From NCBI GenBank assembly GCA_030264375.1, contig JASCQW010000061.1:106416995-106480994 (forward strand): DNA of 64,000 nucleotides. Reading direction: 5' to 3'. The DNA is from Carcharhinus longimanus (taxonomy: Eukaryota). The notes under the pieces are model-generated. The model did no database searches and was not told the DNA's origin. It saw only the letters and a list, made by a program, of their open reading frames with translations. Below are positions 62,116 through 64,000 of this stretch, one piece after another. The number at the start of each line of letters is the position of its first letter. Position 1 is the stretch's first letter. Made by a program: the position numbers and the translations under genes.

Positions 62116-62819
62116 TACCAGTGACACTGTGAAAGTAGCCAGAATATCACCAAGGTTTGCGAGCAATGAATCAGTTGCAGTGCTTTATGTCAAAAGTTTC
62201 AAGAGTGAATTCTTCACATTTTCACTAATGACTTAATCACAACCTGCAATGGAATATTGTAGTACTTTGGGTTGTGTTAACATTGTTCAAGGGTAACATG
62301 AAGACTTGGCTTAATCTGTCACCTCCATCGGTTAAAATCAATATTAAATGCAAATAATTAAAAGACAAATGATTGGCTAGCATGAACTCAAAAAATTACT
62401 AAATTCTAAATTTTAATCGTAAGTTTATTGCACTCTTATGCTCTACGTTTATTTTTTGGAATATAAATGCACAAAAATTAAAGTTAAGAACTGCAGAAGT
62501 ATTTGCCTTTGATTTTAGACCAAATTGGAACATTATTTCATGTATTAGCTCAGTATGATAATCTAAAATATTTGGGCACAATCACAGGGTGACCAGTCAC
62601 AACATACTTTAAAGCTGTGGCTGACTAGTGGAGACGTTATTGTCACACAAAATGGAAAAATACAAAAAGCCTCTCAAGTCCATCCAGTCTATCCCACACA
62701 GTTTGGATGTCCTATGCAAAAAATACATTCACTCCCAGCCAATCTAAAGTCATGCGCTCTTTCCCAGCCCATCCAAAGTTATGCACTCTTCAGGGAGAGG
62801 CAACAATCTAGATACAAAA

Positions 62820-63338
62820 TAAACAGAATACAGCAGATACTCATGAAAAAAAAAACAAAATGCTGAAATACTTAGCAGGCTAGGTTGGACAGAAAACAAA
62901 GTTAATGTTTCTGGTCAAGGAGCAATTTGCTTTGTTTTAAATGTGCAGATGATTTATTTAAATGCACAGTATTTTTAAATATTGTATGGTAATTTAGAGG
63001 GACTGACTTGTGCACAGCCTGTCTGCAGACACTGAGATTGTTGTGTGGTTGTGCAGTTTGTTGGGACCATTATCAATGACCCTTTATCGACTAGAAGCGT
63101 TGTAACAGGCTTTATGCAGGTATTAAGGTGGGGGAGAGGAAAGACTGAAAAGTAAGGAGGGATTAAGTGACAAAAGCAATGATAGTGCAAGGCAAAGGAA
63201 AATGATAATGAAGCATATAACAAAGCAAAAAATGGGTCCAGAAGAGGTGTAAACCATTACCAACAGCCGCAGTCTGAAAAATTGGGGCCAGTAGTTATGA
63301 TCTGAAAAGGCTGAATTCAGTGATAAGTCCAGAGACTA
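62820..63338 (-). mobile_element. Penelope family B 3' region including the end of the GIY-YIG ORF
   Basis: SGLITEFSLFRS* resembles the Penelope C-terminal GLNxEFxxFR; terminus aaaatgctgaaatacttagcagg. Confidence 0.55.
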
Positions 63339-63339
63339 T

Positions 63340-64000
63340 GGGCTCGATTTTACCATCAAGTTGCACCCTTTTTTGGGCGCAAAAACTTGGTAAAGTTGGG
63401 CGTGAGGCGAGTAGCGTGATCTGCACCCATCTCTGCACTGGTTTCCCCTTTTCCAAGGGCTGAAAATGGCTGCCTTTGGCACCCAAAACATGCGCAATGT
63501 GAATTTAAATGCATTTGCATTCATTTAAATTAATGGGCCGCAGGTCCAAACTTATCATCACTTCCCACTTTATCCATCATGTTCGTCTGTCCAGATTCAG
63601 CGAGAAACAGAATATGGTCCGCAAAGGTCCGGCTGCTCCAGCTTCTGAGGAGGTAAGTTCCGAGCTTCCGGCGGCTCTCTTCTTCAGATTGGTGGGCGTG
63701 GGGAGTGGGGGGGTGGGGGTGCACTTGGAGGGAGGTGGGTNNNNNNNNNNNNNNNNNNNNNNNNNNNNNNNNNNNNNNNNNNNNNNNNNNNNNNNNNNNN
63801 NNNNNNNNNNNNNNNNNNNNNNNNNNNNNNNNNNNNNNNNNNNNNNNNNNNNNNNNNNNNNNNNNNNNNNNNNNNNNNNNNNNNNNNNNNNNNNNNNNNN
63901 NNNNNNNNNNNNNNNNNNNNNNNNNNNNNNNNNNNNNNNNNNNNCGTCTGCAATTGGTCTGGATAGCAGGAGCTTGGGAGAGTAAGGGGGTCAGTAATGT
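63340..64000. mobile_element. Left end of a younger Harbinger-type element/MITE
   Basis: gggctcgattttacc end, CpG retained, G-rich tract; runs into a gap and the window edge. Confidence 0.55.

Noticed and set aside
951-63985. ORFs containing long X runs
   Set aside because: Their length is produced by N gaps and carries no coding evidence

Overview
Repeat-dense, gap-ridden draft sequence from a cartilaginous fish (shark). The call rests on HE1-type V-SINEs, a SacSINE1-like DeuSINE and shark-type CR1 tails; the species cannot be determined. I see no intact, nameable host gene, RNA gene or CRISPR array. Most of the window is decayed mobile DNA: CR1 LINEs (SGNH-esterase ORF1, APE/RT ORF2), an older CR1/L2-group LINE, Rex1/Babar LINEs, Penelope-like termini forming hairpins, a Gypsy gag-pol remnant, two PIF/Harbinger elements (transposase plus Myb/SANT gene) and their MITEs. 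Two CpG-rich unique islands (~21.9-22.55 kb, ~39.87-40.44 kb) and several well-formed candidate exons (31.6, 42.2, 43.2, 45.9, 48.5, 51.9-52.6 kb) hint at an unidentified gene or genes. The most notable observations are: a ~50-bp micro-element inserted twice at AGAT sites; a Penelope hairpin inserted into a palindromic ETS site of a candidate bidirectional promoter; a V-SINE subfamily with a Rex1-like tail; a 73-nt hairpin in a CpG island; and an exact 28-bp locally templated inverted insertion. Most repeat boundaries are approximate (read by eye); family names come from recalled motifs, not database searches.
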